The notes under the pieces were generated by a model, which searched no databases, had not been told where the DNA came from, and worked only from the letters and a program-made list of their open reading frames with translations. Both the position numbers and the translations under genes were made by a program. A DNA stretch of 64,000 nt from Takakia lepidozioides (Eukaryota > Plantae > Bryophyta), in contig CM060734.1 of assembly GCA_030704615.1 (NCBI GenBank), positions 21,576,001 to 21,640,000 of the forward strand, in the 5' to 3' direction. Shown piece after piece: positions 1-13,232 of this stretch. Numbering within the stretch: the stretch's first letter is position 1; the number at the start of each line of letters is the position of its first letter.

Positions 1-750
1 ATTACTGGCGGTCGCTTTTATTTTAATTATTTTGGAAATGAAGCGACCACCATTATTGGCGGTTGCTTTTATTTTAATTATTTTGGAAATGAAGCGACCG
101 CCGTTACTGGCGGTCGTTTTTTTGTTTTTTGGAGGAAAAAATCGAGCGACCGCCATTAGGCGGTCGCCACTATTGTTGTTTTTTGTAATTGCAGCGACGC
201 TTTTATTTAAATTTGGTTGGAAATGGAACGACCGCCATTTGTGGCGGTCACTTTTATTTTAATTGTTTTGAAAATAAAAATGAAACGACCGCCAGTAACG
301 GTCGTTTTTATTTTTTATTTTTTGAAAATTACGGGCGGCCGCCGCAATTGTTTTTTTTTTGTAAATCCAGCGACTGCCATTACTGGCGGTCGCTTTTATT
401 AAAATTTTGTTGGAAATGGAGCGACCGCCATGACTGGCGGACGCTTTTATTTTAATTGTTTTGAAAATCAAGCGACCGCCATTACTGGCGGTCGCTTTTA
501 TTTTAATTTTTTTTAAATGAAGCGACTGCCATTACTAGTGGTCGCTTCAATTCTTAATGTCTCCGTAAATGTAGCGACCGCCTATGTTGGCGGTCGCTTA
601 TTTATTTTATTTTCGGAAAATGGAACGACCGCCAATTTTGGCGGTCGTTTTTTTTTTTTTTTTTTTTTTTTTTTCTTGGAAAATGGAGCGACCGCCAATT
701 CTGGCGGTCGCAATTTTTTTATTTATCCTGAAAATGGAGCGGTCGCTTCT
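1..750. repeat. Array of ~15 GC-rich palindromes (AGCGACCGCCA-TTAC-TGGCGGTCGCT consensus) separated by A/T-rich linkers, period ~45-60 bp
   Basis: Repeated inverted-repeat unit visible at e.g. 92-118, 470-498, 686-711; the linkers are homologous to each other (tttattttaatt...gaaatg); the array runs off the left edge. Confidence 0.9.
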
Positions 751-1723
751 AGAAGATTCGCCCTGCAGGTGGCCCGAGGAATGAGGGGGGGGGGGGGGAT
801 TATAAGCCAAGGGAGGCTCATTCTCCCCTCACTTCCTTTCCACACAACTTCTGTGTGCATGACATTTCATTATTCCACGACACGTAGTCACGTGGAGAAA
901 GAGGCCATTGGTTGGGTGGGGGGTATTTTTTGCCGCGATTTCTGTGAGGTCGTTGCAGAATGCTCCCATAGGCCCTCTTCTGGCTTCCAAGATCATTTTA
1001 TTCTACAAAATTAGCTTTTAGGAACTATTTTGACACCTACTCAAACTAGTTTAGGATGAAGGGTTTAGAGTTACGTCTTATTAGTAAACCTCGTTTAGTG
1101 TTGCTCCGATTGTTGCAGAATAGCAGAGGGCCAGGACGATGACCGTCATGGAAGAGATGACCCCAATGAATATGGACCGCCCCTAAGAAAATCAAAGGAT
1201 CAAGGCAAGAATTGGGAAGTATATGGTGATCCTAGCATACTAGCAGAAGAGGGCTGGGAGGATGTTCCGGAAGAGTTCAGGTGATCGATGGCGAGATGCA
1301 AAAAAATTCGTGAAATGGTACCACATCAATCAATTGTGGCCTTTGGATAGGCATGACGTGCAAACCCGAAACAATTACGCAGAGTCCAGGTCTTGCACGA
1401 ACTTGCATTTCTAGCATGGACGAATGAGGTGCATTGCACATTGTGGGGTCAACCTCTCTTAAAGGGCCAAATCCCGTACACCTTGGCAGCCATGTTATAC
1501 GTGGAGGTCATACTCTTGCGTCTAGTGAATTGACAAACTACTAGTAGGAGGAACGCAAGGTTGCTATACGATTTGGAGTACATCCCGGACACGTTCGGAA
1601 TACAACCGAACTGCAACGTTAGAAGAACAACTGGCGAAAAGAGACCACCGAATCAGGACCCTGCAGGACCGACTAGACTGGCAAACACTGCGCATAGCCG
1701 AGTTGGCAGCTAGATTGTAAGAC

Positions 1724-2830
1724 ATGCTTTCAAACAATGAAGGCACTGTTGTCCACAATGAGGATCAAACAAACGTCGTGGACATGGACGCGGAATTTGC
1801 GATGCCCGATCGCAGTATTGACCTCATCATTCACAAAATTACGGACGTCCTTGACCCTGTGGCCGATAAAACCATGGTTGAGGAACAACGAATTGCGGAT
1901 GAAAGAAGGAGGAAAGGAAAAGAACCAGTACTGGAAACCGGGGAATGCTCGAGGGTCACCATTCAATCCGAGATGAACCGGATATTAGATGTCGACCGCG
2001 TTACAAAGGAGCGGGACATTGTCATAGCAACTGCATGGCGCTTGTCCAAAACGCTAGAGATTCGGGCATGGGTCCTATTGAATGGCGATTGGGAGAATTG
2101 GGTACAATGGGCGACCCATTTGGCCTCCAAAGAAGCACGGGTAGAGCGGGCAATGTCAGGCTTGCAACGTGTTGCACGCATGTCAAACCGTAGCATGGAT
2201 AGCATTTATGCCAACATGCAAAGGTATAACGATCTCCGCATTGCATCAAGCGTGTTCGTCGGGTATACCAATTGGGCAGATGTGGATTCTATGTTCAATC
2301 GATGTGAGCACAAAATTTCGAGGTTGAACGGAAGCATAAACTGGGAATTGGAGATAGAGGAAGAGTGGGACACCACAACAAGGATGACCAACCACATCAA
2401 ACCGGCCCAGAGGGAAGAGATATCACAAGGCGTTTTGTTGTCATGGATATCAGATGGCACAGTTTGTTCAATGTGTAGGAATCCATACGGCCCAGAGGGA
2501 TGTCATGTGCTTGGATCATGTGGACATATGTTCCATCTCACATGTTTTATCCCGCAAGCCTTGCGGATGAGTGCTTGCCCAGTATGCTGTACACCAATCC
2601 ATCGCCGTTTCTATGAGCTGGATGGCTTGGAGGAACGGATGCCCATAGGTTTTGAATACAATCGACACAACCTCCCATTGGATGGGCTACCATTCACATT
2701 TATGAATTGTGTGCATTGGGGCAAGAGCTTGGTATGGGATGCAGACAGAGAGATGCATGGCATACATGCCGGAAACCCGGCATACATCGAAATTCGTTCA
2801 ATGGGCCAACGGATGGTTTCCCATAAATGA
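1724..2830 (+). pseudogene. Probable TE-associated ORF with C-terminal RING-H2 finger, 3'-truncated by the satellite; degenerate coding sequence probably extends upstream to ~1050
   Basis: CSMC...CGHMFHLTC...CPVC fits C3H2C3 RING-H2 spacing; the last ~15 codons are read from the satellite that starts at ~2786; the upstream region looks coding but has stops. Confidence 0.6.
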
Positions 2831-5800
2831 TTTTCGTTCGCTTTGAAACTTGGCCAGTGTGTTCAATGCACCCTCTCATACATCCCAGTGTAATACGAGA
2901 TCAATCGAAATTCGTTCGATTGTCCAATGAGGCGTTCACTTATCATCTGGTTTTTGTTCAATGCGAAAAAAAGAAATCTTGCAATACGTGCACGGCTATT
3001 GCACCTATTGAACGGATGTGATTGAAGCCCCTCTTTTGCCCCCATGTGCTTGAACATGTGTGCGACACATGTACGGAGACACATTAGACGAATAAATCAT
3101 TTGCCTCCCCATCGACGCGTTCACCCCTCAAGCCATCCACAATTTAATTGAGTTTAAATTCATTTTAAGGCAATAAATAGGTTTGCACTGCCTTTCATTG
3201 GGGGTTTCTGGCAAGTATCGATTTTGATTTTGGCTCAATTTTGTTTTGCGGCTTCAAGCATCCCACCGCTACTCCCCCGCCAAAATTTGGACCAACAAAA
3301 AATGCCCCAAATAAAAAATGTTTTCTTCGCTCACTATTGCAGAACTCTCTATGAAGAGTGCATGAAGTTGAACACAAATCAAGTTTGGAGTGCAAAACAG
3401 GGAAGAAATTGTGGTTTTGGGTCCAAATGAATTATGTTCGCTCCCAAATTTGGCACGCATGTTGCATATGGCTACATTACACGCCCCATTAAAAAACGGA
3501 ATGAAAAAAAAATCGTGAGCACGCGAAACACTGTCCAACAGGTCCCAAAGCAATAGCAGATCCAGTGGAATACATTCAACGGGTGAACGGATGGGTGCCA
3601 TCCAAATCATTTTTGTTTGCTTCCAAACTTTGCCAGTACGTTCGAGACACCCTCTCACAGGTCCCGGACTAATATCAGATCAATCGAAATTCATTCGATG
3701 GCTCGACGGATGGTTGGCCATCGAAATGATTTTGATTCGCTTTGAGACTTGGCCATTATGTTCAATGTGCCATGTAAGAGGCCCCAGAGTAATATGAAAT
3801 CAATCGAAATTCGTTCAGTGGGCCAACGGATAGTTGCCCATCCACTGATTTTCGTTCGCTTTGAAACTTGGCCAATGTGTTCAATGTACCCTCTGATACG
3901 TCCCAGTGTAATACGAGATCAATCGAAATCCGTTCGATTGTCCAATGAGGCGTTCACTTGTCATCTGGTTTCTTTTCAATGCGAAAAAAAAAATTCTGCA
4001 ATACGTGCACGTCTATTGCACCCATTGAACGGATGTGATTGAAGCCCCTCTTTTGCCCCCATGTGCTTGAACATGTGTGCGACACATGTACGGAGACACA
4101 TTAGACGAATAAATCATTTGCCTCCCCATCGACGCGTTCACCCCTCGAGCCATTCCACAATTTAATTGAATTTAAATTCATTTTAAGGCAATAAATAGGT
4201 TTGCACTGCATTTCATTGGGGGTTTCTGGCACGTATCAATTTTGCTTTTGGCTCAATTTTGTTCTGCGGCTTCAAGCATCCCACCGCTACTCCCCCGCCA
4301 AAATTTGGACCAATAAAAAATGCCCCAAATAAAAAATGTTTTATTCGCTCACTATTGTAGAACTCTCTATGAAGAGTGCATGAAGTTGAACACAAATCAA
4401 GTTTGGAGTGCAAAACAGGGAAGAAATTGTGGTTTTGGGTCCAAATGAATTATGTTCGCTCCCAAATTTGGCACGCATGTTGCATATGGCTACATTACAC
4501 GCCCCATTAAAAAACGGAATGAAAAAAAAAATCGTGAACACGCGAAACACGGTCCAACAGGTCCCAAAGCAATAGCAGATCCAGTGGAATACATTCAACG
4601 GGTGAACGGATGGTTGCCCGTCCAAATCATTTTTGTTTGCTTCCAAACTTTGCCAGTACGTTCGAGACACCCTCTCACAGGTCCCGGACTAATATCAGAT
4701 CAATCAAAATTCATTCGATGGCTCGACGGATGGTTGGCCATCGAAATGATTTTGGTTCGCTTTGAGACTTGGCCACTATGTTCAATGTGCCATGTAAGAG
4801 GCCCCAGAGTAATATGAGATCAATCAAAATTCGTTCAGTGGGCCAACAGATAGTTGCCCATCCAAATGATTTTCGTTCGCTTTGAAACTTGGCCAATGTG
4901 TTCAATGTACCCTCTGATACGTCCCAGTGTAATACGAGATCAATTGATATCCGTTCGATTGTCCAATGAGGCGTTCACTTGTCATCTGGTTTTTGTTCAA
5001 TGCGAAAAAAGAAATTCTGCAATACGTGCACGTCTATTGCACCCATTGAACGGATGTGATTGAAGCCCCTCTTTTGCCCCCATGTGCTTGAACATGTGTG
5101 CGACACATGTACGGAGACACATTAGACGAATAAATCATTTGCCTCCCCATCGACGCGTTCACCCCTCGAGCCATTCCACAATTTAATTGAATTTAAATTC
5201 ATTTTAAGGCAATAAATAGGTTTGCACTGCCTTTCATTGGGGGTTTCTGGCACGTATCGATTTTGTTTTTGGCTCAATTTTGTTCTGCGGCTTCAAGCAT
5301 CCCACCGCTACTCCCCCGCCAAAATTTGGACCAATAAAAAATGCCCCAAAAAAAAATGTTTTCTTCGCTCACTATTGCAGAACTTTCTATGAAGAGTGCA
5401 TAAAGTTGAACACAAATCAAGTTTGGAGTGCAAAACAGGGAAGAAATTGTGGTTTTGGGTCCGAATGAATTATGTTTGCTCCCAAATTTGGCACGCACGT
5501 TGCATATGGCTACATTACATGCCCCATTAAAAAACGGAATGAAAAAAAAATCGTGAGCACGCGAAACACGGTCCAACAGGTCCCGAAGCAATAGCAGATC
5601 CAACGGAATACATTCAACGGGTGAACGGATGGTTGCCCATCCAAATCATTTTTGTTTGCTTCCAAACTTTGCCAGTACGTTCGAGACACCTTCTCACAGG
5701 TCCTGGACTAATATCAGATCAATCGAAATTCATTCAATGGCTCAACGGATGGTTGGCCATTGAAATGATTTTGGTTCGCTTTGAGACTTGGCCACTATGT

Positions 5801-5969
5801 TCAATGTGCCATGTAAGAGGCCCCAAAGTAATATGAGATCAAACGAAATTCGTTCAATGGGCCAACGGATGGTTGCCTATCCAAATGATTTTCGTTCGCT
5901 TTGAGACTTGGCCAGTATGTTCAATGTACCCTCTGATACGTCCCAGTGTAATATAAGATCAATCGAAAT
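2786..5969 (+). repeat. Tandem satellite, ~1.02-kb unit, ~3.1 copies
   Basis: atcgaaattcgttcaRtgggccaac recurs at ~2786, 3803, 4823 and 5842; copies are highly similar and contain internal sub-repeats (gatcaatcgaaatt, cgctttgaRacttggcca). Confidence 0.95.
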
Positions 5970-6669
5970 TATTTTGTGCTTTGAGAACTTTGTGGGTAAG
6001 TTCGTAGAGAGATCATAGATTTTGCGAAATGATTATGAAATACGCAGGGACCAGACGAAATTTGTTTGGAAGACGACCGTTTGTAACTCGTTATAACTTA
6101 TTGGTTAACATCAATTTTCTTTGTTCTCCAGCTTTCGGAGTTCATTGCAAATACCCACATACACGTCATGACCAAATATGACACCATTGTAAATTTGTTT
6201 ACAGGGTGAACTATTTATTCCCCATCACACGAGTGTAAATGTGAAGAAAATGTTGCTTATGCAATTGAAATTGGCAGGTGCCGCACATGTGCATTGTGTA
6301 TTAACAAAATTGGTGATATACAAAATTGGCGGAATGCCATCACTGTGTTTTCCAACAATATTCAAGGTACAACAAAAATGCATATTGTATATGTACTACG
6401 CTGCCAGTCATTAAAAGCCTAGTCGTCAATGTCCGAGGACAAGGAATTTGATGTTGTGATCAATTCTAGCCTGCATCCGTCTACTTCGCGGCGAAAGTTG
6501 ACTTTCTTCTTCACTCTCACGACGTGGCGGAGGTGGATCGAGAACAAGTGCTCGGGCTGCATGCAAATCGACAACGAGGCCGTCCACATCCGGCAATAGA
6601 GCCCCCGAAACACGATGATAATGATCTGTCCATAGTCGCCTCCATTTCTTTACAACTGCCTTGATGGTA

Positions 6670-8246
6670 CGTACTAGCAAAGTTTGGAAGCAAACAAAAA
6701 TGATTTGGATGGGCAACCATCCGTTCACCCGTTGTAGCCATATGCAACGTGCGTGCCAAATTTGGGAGCGAACATAATTCATTTGGACCCAAAACCACAG
6801 TTTCTTCCCTGTTTTGCACTCCAAACTTGATTTGTGTTCAACTTCATGCACTCTTCATAGAAAATTCTGCAATAGTGAGCGAATAAAACACTTTTTTTTT
6901 TGGGCATTTTTTATTGATCCAAATTTTGGCGGGGGAGTAGCGGTGGGATGCTTGAAGCCGCAGAACAAAATTGAGCCAAAAACAAAATTGATACGTGCCA
7001 GAAACCCCCAATGAAAGGCAGTGCAAACCTATTTATTGTCTTAAAATGAATTTAAATTGTGGAATGGCTCGAGGGGTGAACGCGTTGATGGGGAGACAAA
7101 TGATTTATTCGTCTAATGTGTCTCCGTACATGTGTCGCACACATGTTCAAGCACATGGGGGCAAAAGAGGGGCTTCAACCACATCCCTTCAACGGGTGCA
7201 ATAGCCGTGCACGTATTGCAGGATTTCTTTTTTCGCATTGAACAAAAACCAGATGACAAGTGAACGCCTCATTGGACAATTGAACGAATTTCGATTGATC
7301 TCATATTACACTGGGACGTATCAGAGGGTACATTGAACACACTGGCCAAGTTTCAAAGCGAACGAAAATCATTTGGATAGGCAACCATCCGTTGGCCCAC
7401 TGAACGAATTTCGATTGATCTCATATTACTCTGGGGCCTCTTACATGGCACATTGAACATAGTGGCCAAGTCTCAAAGCGAACCAGAATCATTTCGATGG
7501 CCAACCATCCGTTGAGCCATCGAATGAATTTCGATTGATCTGATATTAGTCCGGGACCTGTGAGAGGGTGTCTCGAACGTACTGGCAAAGTTTGGAAGCA
7601 AACAAAAATGATTTGGATGGGCAACCATCCGTTCACCCGTTGAATGTATTCCGCTGGATCTGCTATTGCTTTGGGATCTGTTGGACCGTGTTTCGCGTGC
7701 TCACGATTTTTTTTTCATTCCATTTTTTAATGGGGGCATGTAATGTAGCCATATGCAACGTGCATGCCAAATTTGGGAGCGAACATAATTCATTTGGACC
7801 CAAAACCACAATTTCTTCCCTGTTTTGCACTCCAAACTTGATTTGTGTTCAACTTCATGCACTCTTCATAGAGAGTTCTGCAATAGTGAGCGAAGAAAAC
7901 ACTTTTTTTTGGGGCTTTTTTTATTGGTCCAAATTTGGGCGGGGGAGTAGCGGTGGGATGCTTGAAGCCGCAGAACAAAATTGAGCCAAAAACAAAATCG
8001 ATACGTGCCAGAAACCCCCAATGAAAGGCAGTGCAAACCTATTTATTGCCTTAAAATGAATTTAAATTCAATTAAATTGTGGAATGGCTTGAGGGGTGAA
8101 TGCGTCGATGGGGAGGCAAATGATTTATTCGTCTAATGTGTCTCCACACATGTTCAAGCACATGGGGGAAAAGGAGGGGCTTCAACCACATCCGTTCAAT
8201 GGGTGCAATAGCCGTGCACGCATTGCATGATTTCTTTTTTCACATT
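6670..8246 (-). repeat. Same ~1.02-kb satellite in inverted orientation (~1.6 copies, small internal deletions)
   Basis: Reverse complement matches the 2786-5969 unit; cut at 8246 by the element starting TGTCATGG. Confidence 0.93.
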
Positions 8247-9954
8247 TGTCATGGTTATAGTCATGGTTATCTAGAATTACCTACTTCTAGTTAACTAGGA
8301 CATTTTAGATATTTATATTTATATTTTGTGTGTTGGGACTTCATTTGGTCTCACATGCCAAGTGAGATGTCGAGCCTCACTTGAGACATGGAGATAGGTT
8401 TTCCCCTTGTGAGTGTTGAGGAGGCTCATCTTTTTGTAGTTGAGCCTCCATGAGCTTCTCTCGCCTCCATAGCTCTAGGTATTGAGAGGGAGTGTGTTGA
8501 GGGCTTTGTAGGGTGGATTCCTTTAGCAAAGGTGCCCTTGGCTTGACTTAGTTTATGTGATAGAGTGGATTTCACTTGGAAGGACTAGGGCTTGTTCTTC
8601 ATGTGATTGCTTCATGCTTTGAGAGCTTTCATTGTCTTCTACTTCTCTCATTTCTCATCTCTTATCACTACAAGAAGATCACCTTATGCTTGTGAGTGCG
8701 GAGTGTAAGGATTAGTTTTGCACTTGTATTTTAAAGAGGTTGAGAGCTAGGAGAATTTAGCTCTTGTATCACAAGGCTTGCAAGGAAAGGTGCTCGAGTA
8801 TTGCATGTACCAAGGAGTTGGAGAGCTTGAGAAGAAAGCTCTTGAGTCACAAGATTTTGCAAGGATTATAAGGAGGAAGTCTTGTGTGTGTGGAAGCATG
8901 GATTCTAGGGTTTGAGAATCCTTTGTATGCATTATGGAGTCGATGGTGTGCGCCATGGCTTGTGGAGAGTGACTAAAGACTTGTTAGTGCTCATTTCACT
9001 ATTAAGCTAGGGTTAAGCAAGTTCAAAGTGTGGATGTTGTGGAAGAGAAGCCAAGGAGCTATATATGCTTGGGCTTGAAGACAACAAGGGCAAGCACTTG
9101 GAGAGCACTAAGAAGCTCAAGAGGTTTTGAAAGGGAGCATATGAAGAAATCTTCCAATCATGGTGGTGTGGAGCCAAGATTAGGGTGCCATTGGAAGGGC
9201 TTGGAGAACATGTGGTGGGAAATCCTTGAAGGGAAATCATCATTCAATGTATGCATAGCTTCACCCTAACTATGTAATGTGACAAGAGGGGGAGGCAATA
9301 CTTGGCTATTCATGCTCTTGGTAGTGGTGGATAGTTGACCAAGCAAGTGGTGCATGTGTGGAGCATACTCGCTTGAGTTTGTAAGTTCAAGTTTGAGAAG
9401 GGGAGCTCTTGAACTAGCAAGAGGTGAAGGCCTTTGAGATCCATTTGTGTGTGAAGTGGAGAGGTGTTGATTCATGTTATGATGAAGGAGAGCAACACAC
9501 ATAGGCCAAGAGGTCATGAAACATGCATTCAAATGACCACGGGGAGCACATGGATGATGGATGGTGCAAGACCCCAAATGAGGCATATGGCGTGAGAGTG
9601 GGATCCAAGGCGGATTGCTTGGGAGCATTATTGTAAGTGACAAGCATTGCTCTTACACATTGAGATAATTTGTGTTGATTTGGAGCAATTGTCAAGTGAT
9701 GAGGAGACAAATGCATGATTGCTCAGCAATGGAGATATGGTAGTTTGCAATCAAATCCCAAGGACTAGAAGGGGGATTGATTTGGTAGACAATGACTTGC
9801 AAGTTGAGTTGGACCACTCTTGGTTGCACATTGGGGTGGAAGAGAGCAAGAAGATGCCTCTTATGACCACCTAGAGACCATATTTTTGCTTGAGTAGAAG
9901 CATAGAAGTCAAGGACTTGCATTCTAGCTCTTCATTACAAACCCTAGTAGTGTA

Positions 9955-10205
9955 TGCTCAGACTATACCTCTGTTAGTATACCAAACAGGGGCTTGTCCA
10001 TTTTACTATACCTCTATTGAGGTATCACCATATGTGAACCCTAATCAGCTCAGACTATACCTCTGTTAGTATACCAAACAGGAGCTTGTCCCGTTTACTA
10101 TACCTCTGTTGAGGTATCACCATATGTGGACCCTAATCAGCTCAGACTATACCTCTGTTAGTATACCAAACAGAACCCTCATTTTCAGACTATACCTCTG
10201 TTAAG
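9955..10205. repeat. Short tandem repeat (ctcagactatacctctgttagtataccaaaca; ~70-110 bp period, 3+ copies) in the retroelement leader
   Basis: Copies at ~9957, 10049, 10141 and a partial copy at ~10184. Confidence 0.85.
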
Positions 10206-10983
10206 GTATCAACAGTGAAAGGACTTAGTGAAATTTAAGGGCCTTTGGAGGATTGTTTGGAAGATATTTGAGGGCCCTTGGAGGAGTATTTGGGGTCCTT
10301 GGAGGACCCTTCGAGGAGCTTTGGTGGACAATGTTGAAGAGCTCTTGAAGGATTGATTGAGGGATACTGAAGGATACTTGCCACGGCCATACAAGCGAGT
10401 GGATAGAGACAGGAGGGAGAGTGGTGGGATGAGAGCATTCTGGGGTTAGGAATTGCTTTAGTTTCTCTTCTCCATAGTCTTTCACCCTCTCTGTAGGCCA
10501 AAACCTTTCCGTAGGTGGAGGCAAGAGTCAGTCCGGGTTTGGGCTGGGGTGTCCTTGCAGGAGCGACACTGTGGAGTGTCTTTGGTGTGGGGGAGTTGCT
10601 GTCTTGATTTTCTTGTGTTTGGATCCCCTCCACACCTGCATGCTTGACTGTGCGCCATGTTAGCTTTGTGTGGGCGCTTGTTTTCATAGGAGGTTGGTCC
10701 GGATTTGATCACCGGCCAATCCTAGAGTATGCTGTCGGTGGTGAGGCTGGAGTGATGACCAGCAAGACCACCAATGTTTCTTCTATGGTGAGGCTGGGTT
10801 GATGACCAGCAGACCATAGGAGTGCTTGCGGTGGATGCAGGTGCAGGTACAGGTCTACGTTAGAAACCTATTATTCCTGCTTGAACCAGTAGCCGCAACA
10901 GGTTCTTTACCCGGTTACCTTGTAGAAAGTGGGGATTAGAGACAGGTTGACAATCAGTTGGGTTGTGAGTTTTCATCACGAAG

Positions 10984-13232
10984 GTGCCACCAGCTGCTGA
11001 GGGGAGTGCCGGTACAAGCACCAGCGATACTAGTGGGTACACAAGACAAGGTGTGCGGTTTAGGCCACTTTCACCTTCAGTGTCTTCTGAGGAAGGTTCA
11101 GACTCGGAGTCAGGAGGATTCTCGCCAAAGGTGCAAGTCATTTCCATGCCATTGATGTGGGACACGATGGAGGAGATGTATGGAGCTACCAAAGGGCCAC
11201 ATAGGTACTCTGGAGCTGTGGGCACCATCGAGCTTGATGACTTTATACAAGAGTTTGACAGTTGGTGTGATTTGCAGCAAATGCGCAATCCACAACTGTT
11301 TACGCCCTTTATGGCGTGGAAGGGGCTATTCCAGCACCTTGAGGGGCCGCCCATGGATGATTACCATGAATTTAGGCGAGGACATGCGGTGGAGATTGAG
11401 GAGTGGCAAGAGTATTGGTCACCTAACTATGTCTCAATCACTAGAGGCACAAGGGCAGCGGTGACACCAGCAGCTACACAAACATCTCCAACTACAAGCA
11501 CTAGTAGTGGAACAAGTAGTGCCGACACTTCTGCAGGTGGTACCAGTTCAAAAGGTGCTACTACTCCTCCTGCCACAATTACAACACATGTGCCTAGATT
11601 CAACCCGGTGGTGGAGTTCTTCGAGGAGTTGCGGAGGAACTACCAAGGTGTACGGACAGAGAAGCTGCAAAGTTTGCAAGACTTCCAGTGCAAATCCAGT
11701 GAGAGCTTGCGAGAGGCCTACACTCGTATGAGGCGCTTGATAATTGTGACCCAAGGGGTTACTGAAGCTCAGACAGTCCAGTTCTGGTATGGAATTTTGG
11801 ACAAGGAGCTCAAGAGAAGGGTGCGGGATGCAACCCTGTTACAAGCGGCCCAACCCACATTAGCGGATGTGTTTCTGCTGGCTGAGCGGATTGAGCTCAA
11901 CATGGTGGAGGAGCGAGTTGTTACCATTGGATTTGGCAAGGACATGCCTGCACGAGGGGTAGCTGCCAGCCAACAGGTACAAGGGACTGCCCAACAGTGT
12001 GGTCAGGGGGGCAAGGTTGCCCAACCCAAGTTCCATGGAGCTTACAGGGGACCTCAGGTGCAGAGGCCCGTGGCATCTTTTGCAGGCCAACAGCAACCAG
12101 GGGTGATATGTTGGACATGTGGAGGACCCCATGTCAAGAGAGATTGCCCATAGAGTGGCAGAAGGCCGGCACAAGCACAGCCTGCATAGTTGCAGTGTGG
12201 GCATTGTGGCAAGTATGGGCATGGAGATGCCCAGTGTTATGATTTGCACCCTGAGTTGCGCCCAGGCTAGTTCCAAGGGAACAATGGTGGCCGGGGGCGA
12301 GGTGGACCAGCCCAGAGAGGACGAGGTGGTCGGGCACGAGGTGCAGGCCAAGGGCAAGCTCAACATGACCAAGGACGCGGAGGTCAGGGTGTTGACCAAG
12401 ACATGGCCAACCGGCTTCAGCAGCTAGAGCAGAGGCTTGCTGCCATGGCTACAGCTCAGGTGGTACCGGCTCCCAGGCGGGATGGTCCACCTCCTGCTCC
12501 TGAGGGAGGAGATATGGGAGGCATGGGATTCATGTGCGGAGCAACACTACCACTAGAGCAGGTGGAGTCTGCTGCAGCCGTGACTCGAGGAGCAGCACGA
12601 GTTTCTGAGCCACGAGGTGCAGAGGTGGAATTGGATCCACAACGTGGGGAGGCAAGCCGTCAGGCAAGGCTTCCTCAGTCATTCACATTGGCAGAGACAG
12701 TGTCGACGTCATCCATGGCACCTAATTCTCGCCCGACTATTACCGAGGTGGAGGTTACTATGCCATTGGGGAGAGCTACACGTGCATCACTTACACCTGC
12801 TACCAAGGCTAGTGCAGCCGGTGTGTTATTGGGGGCAGCCACCTCTGTGCGTCAAGCCCCACTGTTCTCGGCAACCATAATTACGACGCCGGGGGTAAGA
12901 CCAGCTGCAGTGTTCAGACTAGCAGCAACACTCTGTGAGAGTGGGGAGGTCACTTCATCTTCTGCGGAGTTACTGGAAGGTGTAGTGGCAGAGGGATCCT
13001 CGGATTTGAGGGTCAAGACTACCACGGCTGCGCCATGGCAAGCTGCAGCTGCCAGGTTGACGGAGCTGCCAGCTAGGCCAGCCTTTGAGCGCGCCATGGT
13101 GACACCTGCAGTTGTCTTGTTAGACAACCAGAGAGGCATTTTCACTTTGAATGGACCGGCAGGCAAGAAGTACCGGCCACTGCGGGTCTTGTTGGACTCA
13201 GGAGCTCAGCCACTGATGTTGGGCAATGCCAC
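10984..13232 (+). pseudogene. gag: Retrotransposon gag with two zinc knuckles and the N-terminal part of the aspartic protease, interrupted by stops
   Basis: CWTCGGPHVKRDC and CGHCGKYGHGDAQC knuckles; capsid-like ESLREAYTRMRRL; VLLDSGAQ protease motif at ~13186-13210; in-frame TAG at 12151 and 12268. Confidence 0.8.

Larger units (their letters stand above)
8247..13232 (+). mobile_element. 3'-truncated Ty3/gypsy-like retroelement (TGTCA 5' terminus, long leader, gag and start of protease)
   Basis: Sharp start tgtcatgg interrupting the satellite; 10380-12300 is homologous to 30900-32790; gag CCHC knuckles and protease LLDSGA follow. Confidence 0.75.

Noticed and set aside
1-750. CRISPR array
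   Set aside because: Linkers are homologous low-complexity A/T tracts rather than unique spacers; eukaryotic context; no cas genes
2827-8000. Many 60-140 aa ORFs in the satellite
   Set aside because: They recur with each repeat unit, vary by frameshift and have no domain signal
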